This document shows, piece after piece, positions 1 to 13,979 of a stretch of DNA of 51,127 nt; position 1 is the stretch's first letter; each line of letters starts with the position of its first letter. The position numbers were made by a program, and so were the translations under genes. The notes under the pieces were generated by a model. It did not search any database. It saw only the letters and a list, made by a program, of their open reading frames with translations, and was not told the origin of the DNA. Source of the DNA: Chiloscyllium plagiosum (lineage: Eukaryota); assembly GCF_004010195.1 (NCBI RefSeq), contig NC_057719.1:42163917-42215043 (forward strand), read 5' to 3'.

Positions 1-638
1 TCTCATGTCCCCTCCTGGCTCTTCTGAGCTCTCTTTTTAGGCCTTTCCTGACTTCCTTGTACCCTCAAGCGCCCTGAGTTTTCACATTTTGTCCTAACAT
101 AAGACTTCTTGTTCTTCTTGACCAGGGATTCCACTTCCTTAGTAAACCACGGCTCACCCGTTCTATATCTTCCTCTCTGCCTGACAGGTACATACTTATC
201 TAGGACACACAGGAGCTTTTCCTTGAATAAGCTCCACATTTTTAATGTGCTCATCCCCTGCAGTTTCCTTCCCCTTTCTACGCTTCCTAAATCTTTCCTA
301 ATTGCATTGTAATTTCCCTTCCCCCAGCTGTAACTCTTGCTCGGTGGAGTACACCTATCCCTTTCCATCACTAAAGTAAACCTGACAGAATTGTGATTGC
401 TGTCTCCAAAGTGCTCACCTACTTCCAAATCTAACACCTGGCCAGGCTCGTTACCCAGTCCTAAATCTAAAGTGGCTTCTCCCCTTGTAGGCCTGCCTAC
501 ATAGTGTGTCAGGAAGCCCTCCTGCACACACTGGACAAAAACTGACCCATCTATAGTACTTGTACTGTAGTGTTCCCAGTCAACATTTGGATAGTTGAAG
601 TCCCCCATGACAACTACCCTGCCTCTCTCACTCCTCAT
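1..638 (-). mobile_element. CR1 LINE ORF2 fragment (APE endonuclease C-terminus and linker)
   Basis: VVVMGDFNYPNVDW, PTRGEATLDL and HFGDSNH motifs in ORF 3..638. Confidence 0.9.
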
Positions 639-639
639 A

Positions 640-940
640 TGACAAGCTTTTCATTCCTAGGATCATGCTTGTGAACCTCCTCGGAACCTCCTTTAATGCC
701 AGCACATCCTTCCTTAGATAGAGAGCCCAAAACTGCTTACAATATTCCAAATGTGGTCAGAGCCTTATACAGCCTCAGCAGTCCACCTCCCCTCTTGTAT
801 TTTAGACCTCTTGAAATGAATGCTAACATTGCATTTGCCTTCCTAACTACCAACTGAACCTATATGTTAACCTTAAGAGAATCCTGAACTCCGACTCCTA
901 AACCCCTTTGTGCTTCAGATTTATGAATCCTTTCTCCATT
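640..940 (-). mobile_element. CR1 LINE 3' RT-region fragment
   Basis: Degenerate LY.ALVRP.LEY..QFW.PY region, similar to the other CR1 copies in the window. Confidence 0.7.
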
Positions 941-1056
941 TATTAATTTAAGAACTAGTACACAACGTTCCATTAATAATATATGGCATAAATGATTATT
1001 CTTACAGTTATATGTAGTATATAGTTTCTGGGCAATATAATAGATTATGATCTTAC

Positions 1057-1189
1057 TTTACTAAACAATGCTGCAAAAACATCTTGATGGCAGTTCATAT
1101 CATGGATTTTTGTTAAATCTTCGTCATCTTCTGCCCGGGCTTCCTCAAATTTGGAACACTGGATTAGTAGATCTGCATCATCTATTTTT
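1057..1189 (-). CDS. inf2-like: INF2-like paralog exon ([44 protein letters not shown])
   Basis: Acceptor gttttcag, donor AAA|gtaaga, 133 nt. Matches DADLLIQL..FEEA.AED and H..VFA.LF.K. The gene continues beyond the left edge. Confidence 0.92.
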
Positions 1190-2589
1190 CTGAAAACAAT
1201 AATACTAACAATATAGAACATTTTATCTTGCAGTGGGTGAATTTGTGTCGGTGTTTTCTGCTGGAAACTGAGTATTTGCTGGAGAAAAGTTTCTGACAGT
1301 AAAATTTAATTGTCAGTGAGACCTCTGAGGCAAAATTCCCAAATCTTAACACTCTCATGGGAAAGGCTCCCACCCTTCATGTCTAGATTTTAAAAAGTGA
1401 AATATAATTTTTCCTTTCCTTTTCACATGAAGATGCAGACTCAAGTTCAGAGCAATAGAATTCAGTCTATTATTTTCAGATGCAAATGTCTCAACCATAA
1501 ACAGAAATTCTATCATTTTATGATCACATTTAACTTGAGAATTCTTGACTATGATGCCTTTATTAACCCTGTCTCATTACACATTAGCAAGAATAAAATG
1601 GTTCCAGAACATATTGTTATAAGGAATTGTCCCAACTATAAAACTCATCCTTCAAGCAACCTTGTCTAATTTAATTTGTCCAATATTTATGGAGATTAAA
1701 ATCTTCCATCCTTTTTGCATTATGCCTCCTACAATCTCCCTTTATTCAGGCTACTTGGATCTAGGAATACCACAGCGATACTTGATCATGACTTCATCTA
1801 ACATGGCTATCTTCAACGGACATGAGCTATGGCTGACCATTCTCTGTTTAAAATATAGGACTGAATTTTCTCATTTCTGGCAGCATATTTTTCTCAACTG
1901 ACCCCTGGTCCATCATGGCCCATTCTGTGTTTCATCCCATTTGTTATACAACCGTCCTCTTCAGTACTCATCTCCTGGAATCATGTGGCATAAGAGGTGG
2001 AAGTGCTCATCAATGCTGGGACTTTGTTACTGTTAGACTGAATTTAAGCTTCAAGGATTAAGTGGAGACATCTGCCCCTCTGGACGCAGGTGGAGGCGGC
2101 CACAGGAGCAGGTGAGTGCTGAGGTGGCTGTTTTGAAGGCAAACCTTAGTTCTCCTACACGTTGGCCTAATTTTATAAAATGTTGCTTGGCCCTCTGATC
2201 CTTGTTCACCCCTTATACCACCTATGCCACTTCAAACTCCTAGACTACCTCCATAGCTCCTCAATCAGTGACCACTATGGGTCGATATCAGTCGCCATGT
2301 TGGGATGAAAAGAACAATAAACATCTCGCGGACCAATAGAGACTTCATTCATTTATGTTACTGATGGAAAAATCCCTTTTATTCATAAATCCAATCAAAG
2401 ATTTCATATTCCTTAAAGTGGTCAATCTGTTATAAAACAAACATCTATTCAATAATCACCTCAAATAAGCCAATTCTTTTATACCCTCTTAAGATTGTCA
2501 ATCAAATTGTACTCACACTCCACTGGGATGGGAGGTTTTCAAGCTTTGCAAACTCAACCACGCATTTATAATAGGTTTATCTTTAGAAA

Positions 2590-3952
2590 CAGCCTTTGGG
2601 GGATGTTATACTGATAAAAGGGATAGCCATGGGGACATCCATGGGCCCCAGCTATATCTGCCTCTTTGTCGGATACATGGAACAGTCCATCTTCTGCAGT
2701 TATATTGGCACCATTTCCCACCTTTTCCTCCACTACATTGATGACTGTATTGACGCCACCTTGTGCTCCCATGAGGAGGTTGAACAGTTCATCAACTTCA
2801 CTAACACCTTCCACCCTGACCTTAAATTCACCTGGACCATCTCGGACACCTCCCTCCCCTTCCTGGACCTCTCCGTCTCCATCTCTGGTGATCGACTCAA
2901 CACAGACTTCTATTTCAAAACCACAGATTCCAACATCTACCTGGTCTACACCTCCTCCCACTGCTCCCCCCCCCCCCCCCCCCAGTAAAGATGTGATCCC
3001 TTACTCCTAATTCCTCCGCCGTATTTGCTCCCTGGAGGAGCAATTCCACTCCAGGACATCCAAGCTGACCTCCTACTTCAATGACCACAATTTCCCCTCC
3101 CATGTGATTAACAATGCCCTCCAGCACATCTCCTCCACTTCCTGCACCTCTGCCCTTGAATCCCACCTCTCCAACAGCAACAACCCCCTGGTCCTCACCT
3201 TCCACCATACTAATCTCCGGATACAGTGCTTTATCCTCTACCATTTCTGCACCTACAATCAGACCTCACCACTAAACATATATTTCCCTCCCCATCCCTA
3301 TCTGCATTTTGCAGAGACTTTTCCCTCTGAGACTCCCTCGTAAGATCCACGCCCCCCCCACCATCAATCCCCTCCACACCCGCCACCTTCCCTTGCTGCC
3401 ACAAGCAGTGTAAAACCTGCACCACACCTCCCCCCTCACTTCCGTCCAAGGCCCCAGTGGGTCTTTTCACATCCAAAGAGATTTGTCTGCACATCCAAAC
3501 ACCTCATCTACTGTATCTGTTGCTTTTGATACAGTCTCCTCGATGTCGGGGAGACAGGACGCCAACATGCTGAATGTTTCAGGGAACATCTCTGGGGCAC
3601 ACGCACCAAACAACCCCACCGCTCTGTGGACTACCACTTCAATTTCCCCCCCACACCACTCCGCCAAGGACATGCAAGTCCTGGGCCTCCTTTACCACCA
3701 ATTCCAAGCCACCTGACAACTGGAAAAAGAATGCCTCATCTTCCGCTTTGAAACCCTTTCACCTCATAATGTCAACACTGACTTCACTAGTTTCCTAATC
3801 TCCCCTCACCTCACCTCATCCCAGATCTAACCGTCCAACTCGGCACCGCCCTTTTGACCTGTCCTACCTGTCCATCTTCCTTCCCACTCAACTCTCCTGC
3901 TCCTCAGATGCTGCATGACCCATTGTGTTTTTCCAGTGCCACAATTTTCGAC
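2590..3952 (+). mobile_element. Penelope-like retroelement, degenerate (RT C-half, GIY-YIG region, terminal repeat remnant)
   Basis: GIAMGTSMGPSY..LFVGY.E, YIDD, LKFT and LPFLD motifs. Downstream LIYCI..GET-like GIY-YIG remnant. The end (~3895-3950) resembles the terminal sequence at 18634-18700. Confidence 0.88.
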
Positions 3953-4639
3953 ACAAATGTTATACTGAAGTCAATTGAAACTGCAGGAACAGATGGAATT
4001 TGTTTTCTAGACTGCAACTGATAGCCTGTCAATTAATGTACGATAACAATATATTTTCACTCTAGCTGAAAATGGAGCCAAGCTCTTTTCAATTGTTAAA
4101 AAGCTGATGATGAAAATAACTTCAGATCATGATCTGCTCCCAAAGAACATGCACGATTCCACCATAAATTAGTGACTCCCACAATGAAAATTAAGACTCT
4201 TGGAGCAGCAAAAACAGAGTCTATTTGAACTCAGGACTGATTTCAATGGCCTGGTAAGTTTAACTTTCCCACTTGTTTGATTTATGCCTCAGACTTTCTC
4301 CTACTTACAAAAAAATGGGATCTATCAGAAATGGGGTTTGGAATTCCACATCTAAGATCACCCATGTCATTTCTAAAGGTCTCTGCAGTTGTCCTATCTG
4401 TGGAAATCTGATTCTTGTGTTCACTCTTTGCTACGAGGTATGTTTTGGATTTAATTTCATATTTATCAAACCCGAGTGCTGGAAGACCACTTAATGTTTG
4501 GAAATACCCATATGTTTTATTTCTTATGGAATCTGCAAGAATGGTTTTCTATTACTCCCTTGTGATGTTTTGCTATAAAGTAGAATTTGAAATGTCAGCA
4601 ACTTTAGAAAACAGTTGTTTGAATGTAGTAACTAAAAGA

Positions 4640-5780
4640 ATCTTCGATTTATGATGCAGTTTATGTGGATTTCAGCAAAGCATTTGACAAGGCTAATAAA
4701 GAAGATAAAAGAACATCAGGTTCTGGATAATTTGGAAGCTTGGATTCAAAACTGGCTAAGTGACAGTAGACAGGGGGTGGTGGTAGAAAGCTGTTTATGT
4801 GAATGGAGACTGGTGTCAGTGGTGTACCACAAGGATCAGTGCTGGGTCCCTTATTGTTGATTATGTATATATAAGTGATATACAAGAAAATGCGGAGGGA
4901 TGATAAATAAGTTTGTGGATGACACAAAGATTGGCGGGATGGTTGACAGTGAGGAGGAAACTGTGAGATTACTGGAGGATATATCTTGATTGGTCAGATG
5001 GGCAGATAGTGGTAGATGGAATTTACCCTGATAAATGTGAGGTGATGCACTTTGGAAGACATAACAATACAAGGAAGTACTCAATGAATGGCAGGACACT
5101 ATGAAGTTCAGAGGAAAAGGGGTTCTTGGGGTACTTCTCCACAGATTCCTAAAGATGGCAGTCAGGTTAGTAAGGTAGTTAAGAAGGCATTTGGGACACT
5201 TGCCTTTATGAATTATGTCATGGATAACAAGAGCAGGGAGGTTATGTTGGAGCTGTACAGGACTTTGGTTAGGCCACAGCTAGAGTACTGAGTGCATTCT
5301 GATCACCACACTGTAGAAAGGGTATAATTGCATTGGAAGGGGTGCAAAGAAGGTTCACCAGGAAGTTTCCTTTATTGGAGCAGTATAATAATGAAGAGAG
5401 GCTTTGTAGAGCAGCTTAGTGGGGACCTGAGTGAGGTGCATAAGATTATGAGGGACATGGACAAGATGGATAGAGAGCAGCTATTTCCCTTATTTGAAAG
5501 GTCAATTCCAATCAGGCATAATTTAAGGTTAATGCCAGGAGGTTTAGAGGTTTTGAGGAAATTGTTTTATCACAGAGAATTGGGAATCTGGAATACATGG
5601 CCTGGGAAGGCATTTAAGACAGGAAATCTCACAAACTTTAATAATAACTTGGATGAGCACTTGAAATGTTAGGCAATGGGCCAAGAGCAGGAAAATGGGA
5701 CTAATGCAGATTTAGAATAGTTTTGTCAATGCTGGTTCAATGTACCAGAGGCCTCTTCTGTGCTGTATGATTCTATGATT
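4640..5780 (+). mobile_element. CR1 LINE, 5'-truncated (RT and 3' end)
   Basis: Degenerate DFSKAFD, SGVPQGSVLGP, FVDDTK and LYRTLVRPQLEY motifs. Ends in a tatgattctatga tail. Confidence 0.88.
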
Positions 5781-6050
5781 TGATCATTTTGATGGTGAAG
5801 TGACATCTCATTTCTAAAAAGATGAAATTACATCTTTATCTTCACTGAAAAAGAACTACCTTTAATTAGAATTCAATTTTCAATGTTTTCCTGTCTGTGA
5901 ATCTCAAGTTACAATTTATACACAAGTCAAAGTCTTTATTTCTAAGTAGATGCTTCCAGTAAATGTATATACCTTAAATACTGACTAAAACAATGTATTA
6001 GATTGCATTTTCCAAGCAGTAGCTTTTATTATTGTAGGAATAGTCCTTAC

Positions 6051-6084
6051 CTCAGATTTGGCAGTGCTTCCAGCAAATGAAGAC
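6051..6084 (-). CDS. inf2-like: INF2-like paralog 34-nt exon (GLHLLEALPNLR)
   Basis: Acceptor ctattgtag, donor AG|gtaagg. Corresponds to GLQLLDVLARLR. Phases 1 and 2 fit the neighbours. Confidence 0.88.
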
Positions 6085-6374
6085 CTACAATAGAAAGAGA
6101 TAATTCTTGTCAAATAGTTCAAAGCACAGTAATATCATTCATTTACCTTCTTTGTACGCAAGAACCAATTCATTTGGCCAAGTAATGTTTTTGAATCACT
6201 GACATGCTCTTTTCACAAAACAACATTATTTTTGTTTTTGGAACATTATAGTGATATTTATTTGATTTGATGCTGCTCAAAGAACACCTTGTCTGTTAAT
6301 GTCACATACCTAATATTTAGATATACACATCCCATCATTTTTAACCATTCACGTTATTTTGTAATATGGACTAC

Positions 6375-7222
6375 CATAGAGCCATCAAGCCATATAGAAT
6401 GGAAACAGACCCTTGGGACCAACACATCTGTACTGACTAGACATCCCAATCTGACCTAATCCCATTTGCCAGTATTTGGTCCATATCCCTCTAAACCCTT
6501 CTGATTCATATACCCATCCAAGTACCTCTTAAATGTTGCAATTTGTAGCTGCCTCCACATCACTCTCTGGCATCTCAGTCCATACACGCACTACCCTCTG
6601 TGTGAAAAAGTTACCCCTCAGGTCTTTTTAAAATCTTTCCTCTGTCACCTTAAAATTATGTCTGCTAGTTCTGGACTCCCCAGCCTAGGAAAAGACCTTG
6701 GCTATTCACCCTATCAATGTCCCTCATGATTGTATAAATCTCTATAAAATCACCTTAGTCTCTGATGCTCCAGGGAAAAAAGCCCCAACATAAGCAGCCT
6801 CTCCCTATAGCTCAAACCTTCCATATCCAGCAACATTCCTGTAAATCTTTTCTGCACCCTCTCAAATTTAAAAATACTTGTCCTATAGAAGGGCAACTAG
6901 AATTGTACACAGTATTCCAAAAGTGGCTTCACCAATGTCCTGTAAAGCTGCAACATGACATCCCAACTCCTACACTCAATGTCATCACCAATGAAGGCAA
7001 ACATGTCAAATGCCTTCTTCACCACCCTGTCTACCTATGACTCCACTTTCAAGGAACTAGGTACCTGCACCCCTAGGTGTCTTTGTTCGGTAACACCCCC
7101 CAGGTCCCTACTATTAACTGTATGAGTCCTGCCCTGGTTTGTCTTACCAAAATACAACACTTCACATTTATCTAAACTAAACTTCATCTGCCACTCCTTA
7201 ACCCATTGGCCCATCTGATTCA
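6375..7222 (-). mobile_element. CR1 LINE 3' fragment
   Basis: WQMKFSLDKCEVLYFG motif and a CR1 3' UTR shared with the copies at 11141 and 26165. Confidence 0.88.
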
Positions 7223-8739
7223 TAGAAATATCTCTTGTATTCGATATGTCAGGACAATTAGTTTCAAATTAGGAAGTTAAGATAATAAGGGAAGTGTAAT
7301 GGGATAGATTTTTTTGTAGCTCAGTTACCGGCAAGGATCACTGATCTACACTGTTGTAATAACCTCAAGAGCCAAGTGGATATATTTGTAAAGGGACAAT
7401 AGATTATGGAATAAGATGAAAGGAAAGATATAGAGGTTTGTTGGGTATAGTTGTTATTTTTTTATTTGAAAACCACTTACGTTCTTATTATTGGAAGTAA
7501 AAAGCCTAAGGTATGAACCCCAAATTCTTTTTTGCAGGTGAACAATATTTATTCTTACAATACCAGCACCATAAATGTGTAGGAGCTGGAACAAGTCACT
7601 CAGAGCCATTGAACTGAATCAAGCCTGGTCAGTTCATTGATACTTTTCACCAATTTCTTTATAGCCTCATCTAATAAAAAACATACTAATTTCAATTTTG
7701 ACATGTCAGATTAGTTTTTTAATCTTTGTTGATTTAGATAAAGAAACAACTATCTTATATCTTTTAAACTGCCTGGTAGATTTAACAAATAAACATATTC
7801 TTTTGCCACTAGTAAGGGGAAAGTTCAGTTTAGAGATTTCTTTACCTTTAATTCCACTAACATAATTGACTTTAATTCTATATTGGTGACTGGGAAACAT
7901 TAGATGGAATTTAATGCCCCCACTGATGGTGAATTTGATGGTTGGTGCGTGGGGATCCTGCTGCCTATCCCCTCTGCGCTGATTAAATCTGTGACAAGAT
8001 GGCTCATACCTTCCCCTTATACCACCACAGAGATTCTTAACTGGACAATTTCTGAGTACTTAAGAGCCTCATCCTGCTACCACTGGTGTTAAGCCAGTGG
8101 CAGGTCAGGTACTTGCTATATATAAAGTCCAAAAATCAAACCCGGTTTACTAGCAGGCTTGAGGTGAGATCCCTCATTCAAAGGCACTCAAAGCTGGATG
8201 GAGGGATGTGGCATTGGGGAAATAGTTACTGAGAGCTGCCCCTGCCCTTGCTACCAACTCCCCTTCTCCCTCACCATGATCCCCATTCCATAACTCCCCC
8301 TCTTGTGATCTGTGGCCTGGATACAACGATGATGCTGGGGCTCAGGTGAGTGCATTACCACGAGCAGCCACATCTCCTTAATGGCACTGCAGAGCAATGA
8401 AGAGCGGTTGGTTCTGTTTGGCCATCAACTCTTAGTCTGTGGCAATTTGTCCTCCCACACTTTAGAAGTTGATTGCCATTTAATTCAATGAGCAATCTTG
8501 AAAGTGGATGACTGGATGATCTAGCCAGCTCTTTAACTGGTTAACAAGACTCCCATCGCTTGCATTAAATTGTGTCCATTATGGTCATTGCCTTAGTAGT
8601 CCTTTTGGATTGTATCAATAAATAGAGGAAGATGCCACAACAATCTATATCTAATACAAATATTATTTTTACCAAATAAAATAGACTATATAATATAGGT
8701 AATGTAAGATAAACAACACAAAATGTAGAGAAATATTAC

Positions 8740-8896
8740 CAATGAATTCATTTCTGAGTCTTGCTCGTTTTTGCAAGTTTGCAGTTCCCAGAATAAGAGC
8801 GTTGATCACACTCAAGAGTGATACCAGATAAGGAACATTATCTGTTTGGAGTTCACTCATAATGGCATTTAATCCATATAGATATCTCTGTGCATT
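8740..8896 (-). CDS. inf2-like: INF2-like paralog exon ([52 protein letters not shown])
   Basis: Acceptor ttctgacag, donor G|gtaata, 157 nt. Contains DNVPY..LLSVINA.ILG and [11 protein letters not shown] motifs. Confidence 0.93.
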
Positions 8897-8959
8897 CTGT
8901 CAGAAAGAAACATACAATAATATATTTATTCTAATTGTGTATATTTATGTATTATATCA

Positions 8960-9715
8960 AACATAGAACAGGCCCTTCAGTCCACCATGTCTATGCTAAC
9001 CATGATGCTATTCTAACTAATCCTATTTGCTTGCACATGGTACACATTCCTTTATTCTCTGCCTGTTCAGGTGTCTCTCTAAATACTTCTTTAACTTAGC
9101 TATCATATCTGCTTCTACTACCTCCCTTGGCAGCATGTTCTAGGCACCTACTACTCTCTCTCCTTTAAACCTTCTTCCTTTCACGTTAAACATATGCCTC
9201 CTAGCATTTGCTATTTCCACCCTGGTAAAGAGACTGACTATCCACCTTATACATGCCTCCTCATAATCTTATATACTGCTATCAGATCACCCCTCAGACT
9301 CCAATGTTCTAATGAAAACAATCCAAGTTTGTACAAATTCTTGATATAGCTAATACCCTCCAGTCCAGTCAACATCCTGGTAAACCGTTCTGCACCCTCT
9401 CAAAATCCCCCACATCCTTCCTATAGTGCAGCAACTAGAACTGTACACAGCACTCCAAAGTAGCCTAACTAAATATTTATCCAGCTACAACATGACTTGA
9501 CAACTTTTATACTCAATGCCCTGACCAATGAAGGCAAGCATGTTGATGCCTTCTCTACCACCATATCTATTTGCGTTGCCACATTCAGAAAGCTATGGAC
9601 TTGGACTCCCAGATCCCTCTGTATATCAATGCTGTTCTCTTGCATTTGACCTCCCAAAATGCATCACCTCACACTTGTTTGGATTAAACTCCATCTGCCA
9701 TTTCTCAGCCCAACA
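8960..9715 (-). mobile_element. CR1 LINE 3' fragment (older)
   Basis: QRDLGVQVH motif and a CR1-type 3' end. Confidence 0.8.
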
Positions 9716-10039
9716 ATGGATTGAAACAATATTTTACGCATTACAGTGCTAACATACTTATAAATTTATTGAATGTACGGAATACCATATAATTATGAAT
9801 TTTTGAAGCAGTTTTGCTGGAAAATATATCAGTTATCAAAGGAAAATCATTTTGTACGTTAATCAAGATAATGACCTTTTTTGATATTATGCTGTAATTT
9901 AATGAGAACTAAAACATTTTTCATCAATGAATCAGCCATTAGAAACTGTAATATTGACACCATAGATCCATGCACCTAATTTACAATTTCTCTTTTGGAG
10001 AACAAAGAAAGAGCATCAAATGGGAGGATAAGAGATAGA

Positions 10040-11010
10040 TGAAATTAGAGATATAGGCCAAGAAGTGGAAAAAATTCCAAGAAGATCTTTTAATGGATGG
10101 ACATAAGTTGAAGTGATTGAATTATAGAGGAATGACCTGGGCAGCTGAAACAGTCAGCATTGATAATATGAGTAACAAGAGAAAAAACAGTGTTAGAAAT
10201 GGAAGATATCAAGAGGGTGTATTTGAGTGAAAAGGACTAGAGAAAGCAAGAAAAATAGAATTGAGATAGAATATAATGGGTTCTGTGGGGTGATAACACT
10301 GACTGAAATGATCAATCGAAGACGGCAGGCATGTTTAGGGAAGTACGTGGACGTGGCCTGTAAGAGATTGTAATCTATAAGATTAGACCAGACTGGGTAA
10401 ATCTCCAGAGAAGAGAAGTTCACTCAGCGTCTTGGAAACAATTTCTTGGTGTGGGATCATGGCCCAGGAGGAAGTAGGAGGTGTCAGAGTTGGTTTTCGA
10501 CGTCTGTAAGGTTGCAGTCAGATTGTCAAAGACCATCAGTTCAGGTTTATTGACAATGTTAGAGTTAGATCTGAGAGAATGATGCCTTTCAGTTTCAGAG
10601 GGTAATAAGTTTAACTGAGTGAACAGAATGGAAAAATTGGCGAAGTCAAAGTTACGCCAGCAGCATCCACTATAGAGGGTTAAAAGTTTGGAGAAAAAGG
10701 TGTGTGTGGAACAAACATTCGGATGGCAAACTTCTGGCAGAAGGAGAGGGTGAAGAGTCACAGGCAATGGAAGGAAAACTCAATAATATATAAAACGCAG
10801 AGGACATTAATGAGTCATGATCATGGAAATGTCAGGAGAAAGCATGATTTTACAATGTAGCGAGGTAGGAGAGTTTAGTTTGAGTAGAGTGGCTATTACA
10901 TATGCAGTAGAACGGTGCTGGAGTTGTTAAATTATAATGTTATTGAGATAATAAAAATGAAGCAAAATAAAGCTGCGTGTGGCAGTAATTTACAACGATG
11001 AGAATTAGGA
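10040..11010 (-). mobile_element. Highly decayed LINE, possibly L2
   Basis: Purine-rich + strand with faint LINE-like peptides. No clean motif found. Confidence 0.3.
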
Positions 11011-11140
11011 ACAGGATGGGCAATAAAAAAGTCTAATTAAAAATAGGCTAGAAATTTCAAAAGAGCATAACAAGGACAAATAGATCAGAGTCAACAGAGT
11101 ATCCAGCCAGCTGATTCTGAAAGTACAGCTCCAATACTGA

Positions 11141-12150
11141 GAGTCATAGGGTCATAGAGATGTACAGCATGGAAACAGACCCTTCGGTCCAACCCACCCC
11201 TGCTGACCAGATATCCCAACCCAATCTAGTCCCACCTGGCAGCACCCGGCCCATATCCCTCCAAACCCTTCCTATTCATATACCCACCCAAATGCCTTTT
11301 AAATGTTGCAATTGTACCAGCCTGCACCACATCCTCTGGCAGCTCATTCCAAACATGTACCACCCTCTGTGTGAAAATGTTGCCCCTTAGGTCTCTTTTA
11401 TATCTTTTCCCCTCTCACCCTAAACCAGTGCCCTCTAGTTCTAGACTCCCCGACCCCAGGGAAAAGACTTTGTCTATTTATCGTATCCATGCCCCATATG
11501 ATTTTGTAAACTTTTATAAGGTCACCCCTCAACCTCCGATGCTCCAGGGAAAATGACCCCAGCCTGTTCAGCTCTCCCTATAGCGCAAATCCTCCAACCC
11601 TGGCAACATCCTTGTAAATCTTTTCTGAACCCTTTCAAGTTTCACAACATCTTTCCGATAGGAAGGAGACCAGAATTGCACGCAATATTCCAACAGTGGC
11701 CTAACCAATGTCCTGTATAGCTGCAACATTACCTCCCAACTCCTGTATTCAATACTCTGACCGATAAAGGAAAGCATACCGAACGATTTCTTCACAAACC
11801 TATCTACCTGCACCTTCACTTTCAAGGCGCTATGAACCTGCACTCCAAGGTCTCTTTGTTCAGCAACACTTCCTAGGACCTTACCATTAAGTTACTAACT
11901 GTACCTCTTATGCTCACATCCAAATCATTTATATAAATGACAAAAAGTAGAGGACCCAGCACTGTTCCTTGTGGCACTCCACTGATCACAGGCCTCCAGT
12001 CTGAAAAACAACCCTCCACCACCACCCTCTGTCTTCTAGCTTTGAGCCAGTTCTGTATTCAAATGGCTAGTTCTCCCTGTATTCCGTGAGATCTAACCTT
12101 GCTAACCAGTCTCCCATGGGGAACCTTGTCGAATGCCTTTCTGAAGTCCT
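11141..12150 (-). mobile_element. CR1 LINE 3' fragment with internal deletion
   Basis: LYRTLVRPLLEYCVQFWSPSYRKD..KLERVQKRFTRMLPG motif and a (tctatgac)-like tail. Same family as 26165-28216 but missing an internal segment near 11890. Confidence 0.92.
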
Positions 12151-13979
12151 GCAACTGATTAAAAGATACAGGTAACAATTCTATGTCAGGAATTGATTTG
12201 ATTGTGAGAATATTTCATGCTGTGGTCATTCAGATCACTCAGCAATTAAACATTCAGATCCTTTCTTGATTTTTCATATGTTGAAATCTGTCAAAGGAAG
12301 ACACAGATTTCCTGGAACTGGATATAATCTAAAACATTTTTCTTTTTGTCAATATCAAAGACTAAAGATGTCAAGAGCTTTTAGTCTGACAATCTAATGA
12401 AGCCACTAACTGTAATGTCCCACTTAATGTACCAGAGAGTTTGAACTAATTTGTAAAGATATTAATCACATCTGTCAACAGGCAAGACAACAGGGACTGA
12501 TTGGGGTGAAAAACAGTATCAGTTAGGTGATTAGATGGAGAATACAATTTCCAGATGGGATTTTCAGTTTTGAACTTTGTCTTTTTTTTTGCTGAACTGC
12601 TTTGATTAGGTATCAGTTTTAAGCAGCACTTTAGTTTAATGAGCATTTCTGGTTATCATCAACATACATTGGAATTGTTGTCTTGTGTCCTGAGAAGGAT
12701 ACTGTTGTGGTTTATATTTCCTGTGATACTAATCCTTGTAAATGGCAATCAGTGGCAAGGATATTAAACTCTGCTGCAAGCATTTCTTATTTATTATAAT
12801 AAATTAGCACTGCAGTAATTTTTTTCTGCCATCTGTTACACTTCTCTGTGTGCTAAATATTTTTTACAAGTAGTTTGGATCTTTTCAAACATGCTACATA
12901 GAACTATTGAATCTTTTAACTGGGAATATTTGAGTTCCCATAATTGTAACCAGGCAAGATTTTCTGCTTTGTGTGGCTTAAACCTGAATATCCAGGTAAA
13001 CTTGAACAATATGCATCTGACTGTTGATGTCATTAGACATGCCTCCCCACTATTGGATCAGTGACAGCATCTGAGTGATTGATTTCACAAGGAACAACAG
13101 ACAATTTTCATATTTTTGAATGACTAGCTTCACCAGGTAGAGGTGCATGAAAGATCTATCTCTCAAACATTTAGGATTGAAAATGCGACATTTCTGTATT
13201 TTCGTCATTGTTAAAAGTTAATACAGTTCATGTCTTTACTATCTGCATCCTATCTCACTCCTTGCTGATGCTGACAGCTCTGCAGTCACAAGGGCTGAGT
13301 TCCTTTGGCCGTTTAACCAAACTTCCACTTTAACTCCGTTCAGTTACTGGAAGCCCTTCCTGTTGTGGAAGTTAAGCACTTTATTTATAGAGCTCATGAA
13401 ATTGCATCTTAGAGCTTGTGGGAGTCAGTAAATTTGTAAAACTGGAGAGCAGCTGTGAAATCAAATTGTGATGAATTCCCCAGCTCTATGGTAAAGTACA
13501 TCAGTCAGTTGACAAATTGCACAGACCCCTTTGGACGTAAGAAATACCAAAAGACTGAATGTAGTTATCACTTTCATAGGCACAGAGAGAGCAGTGCAGA
13601 TGACTGAGGGTTCTCACATAGACTCCCCTATTGAATCTTTAAGGAAGTATCAATGCACAGTTCTTCATCAAGGTCATCATGTGACCCGTATTATCTCTAT
13701 GCACTATAGGGAATATTTAGTTGAGTTTGCCCTGCTTAAATGCTGTCTCACTTCCCTTCACCTCACACGTTGCCATTAATCTCTTATTCATAACTATGGA
13801 AAGGCATATACTGATTGAGAATATCATATCTGTTCCTTGGTAACCATTACCATGGGTGAGGGCTGGGAGATTGTAAAACTTCATGACTTCATGTTGTCAA
13901 TGCCTGTCTCTATCTGGAGAACTACAAAAAGATGAAAATGTGGTTTCAACTGTAAAAATGGAAACTCTCTGCCACAGAA

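Noticed and set aside
2966..2983. Poly-C run encoding polyproline (FH1-like)
   Set aside because: It is a homopolymer inside the Penelope element, on the strand opposite the formin gene.
7900..8580. Possible non-autonomous DNA element (aatttaatgc...gcattaaatt ends); a similar GC-richer block lies near 48020-48590
   Set aside because: The terminal match is only ~10 bp and no TSD is visible.
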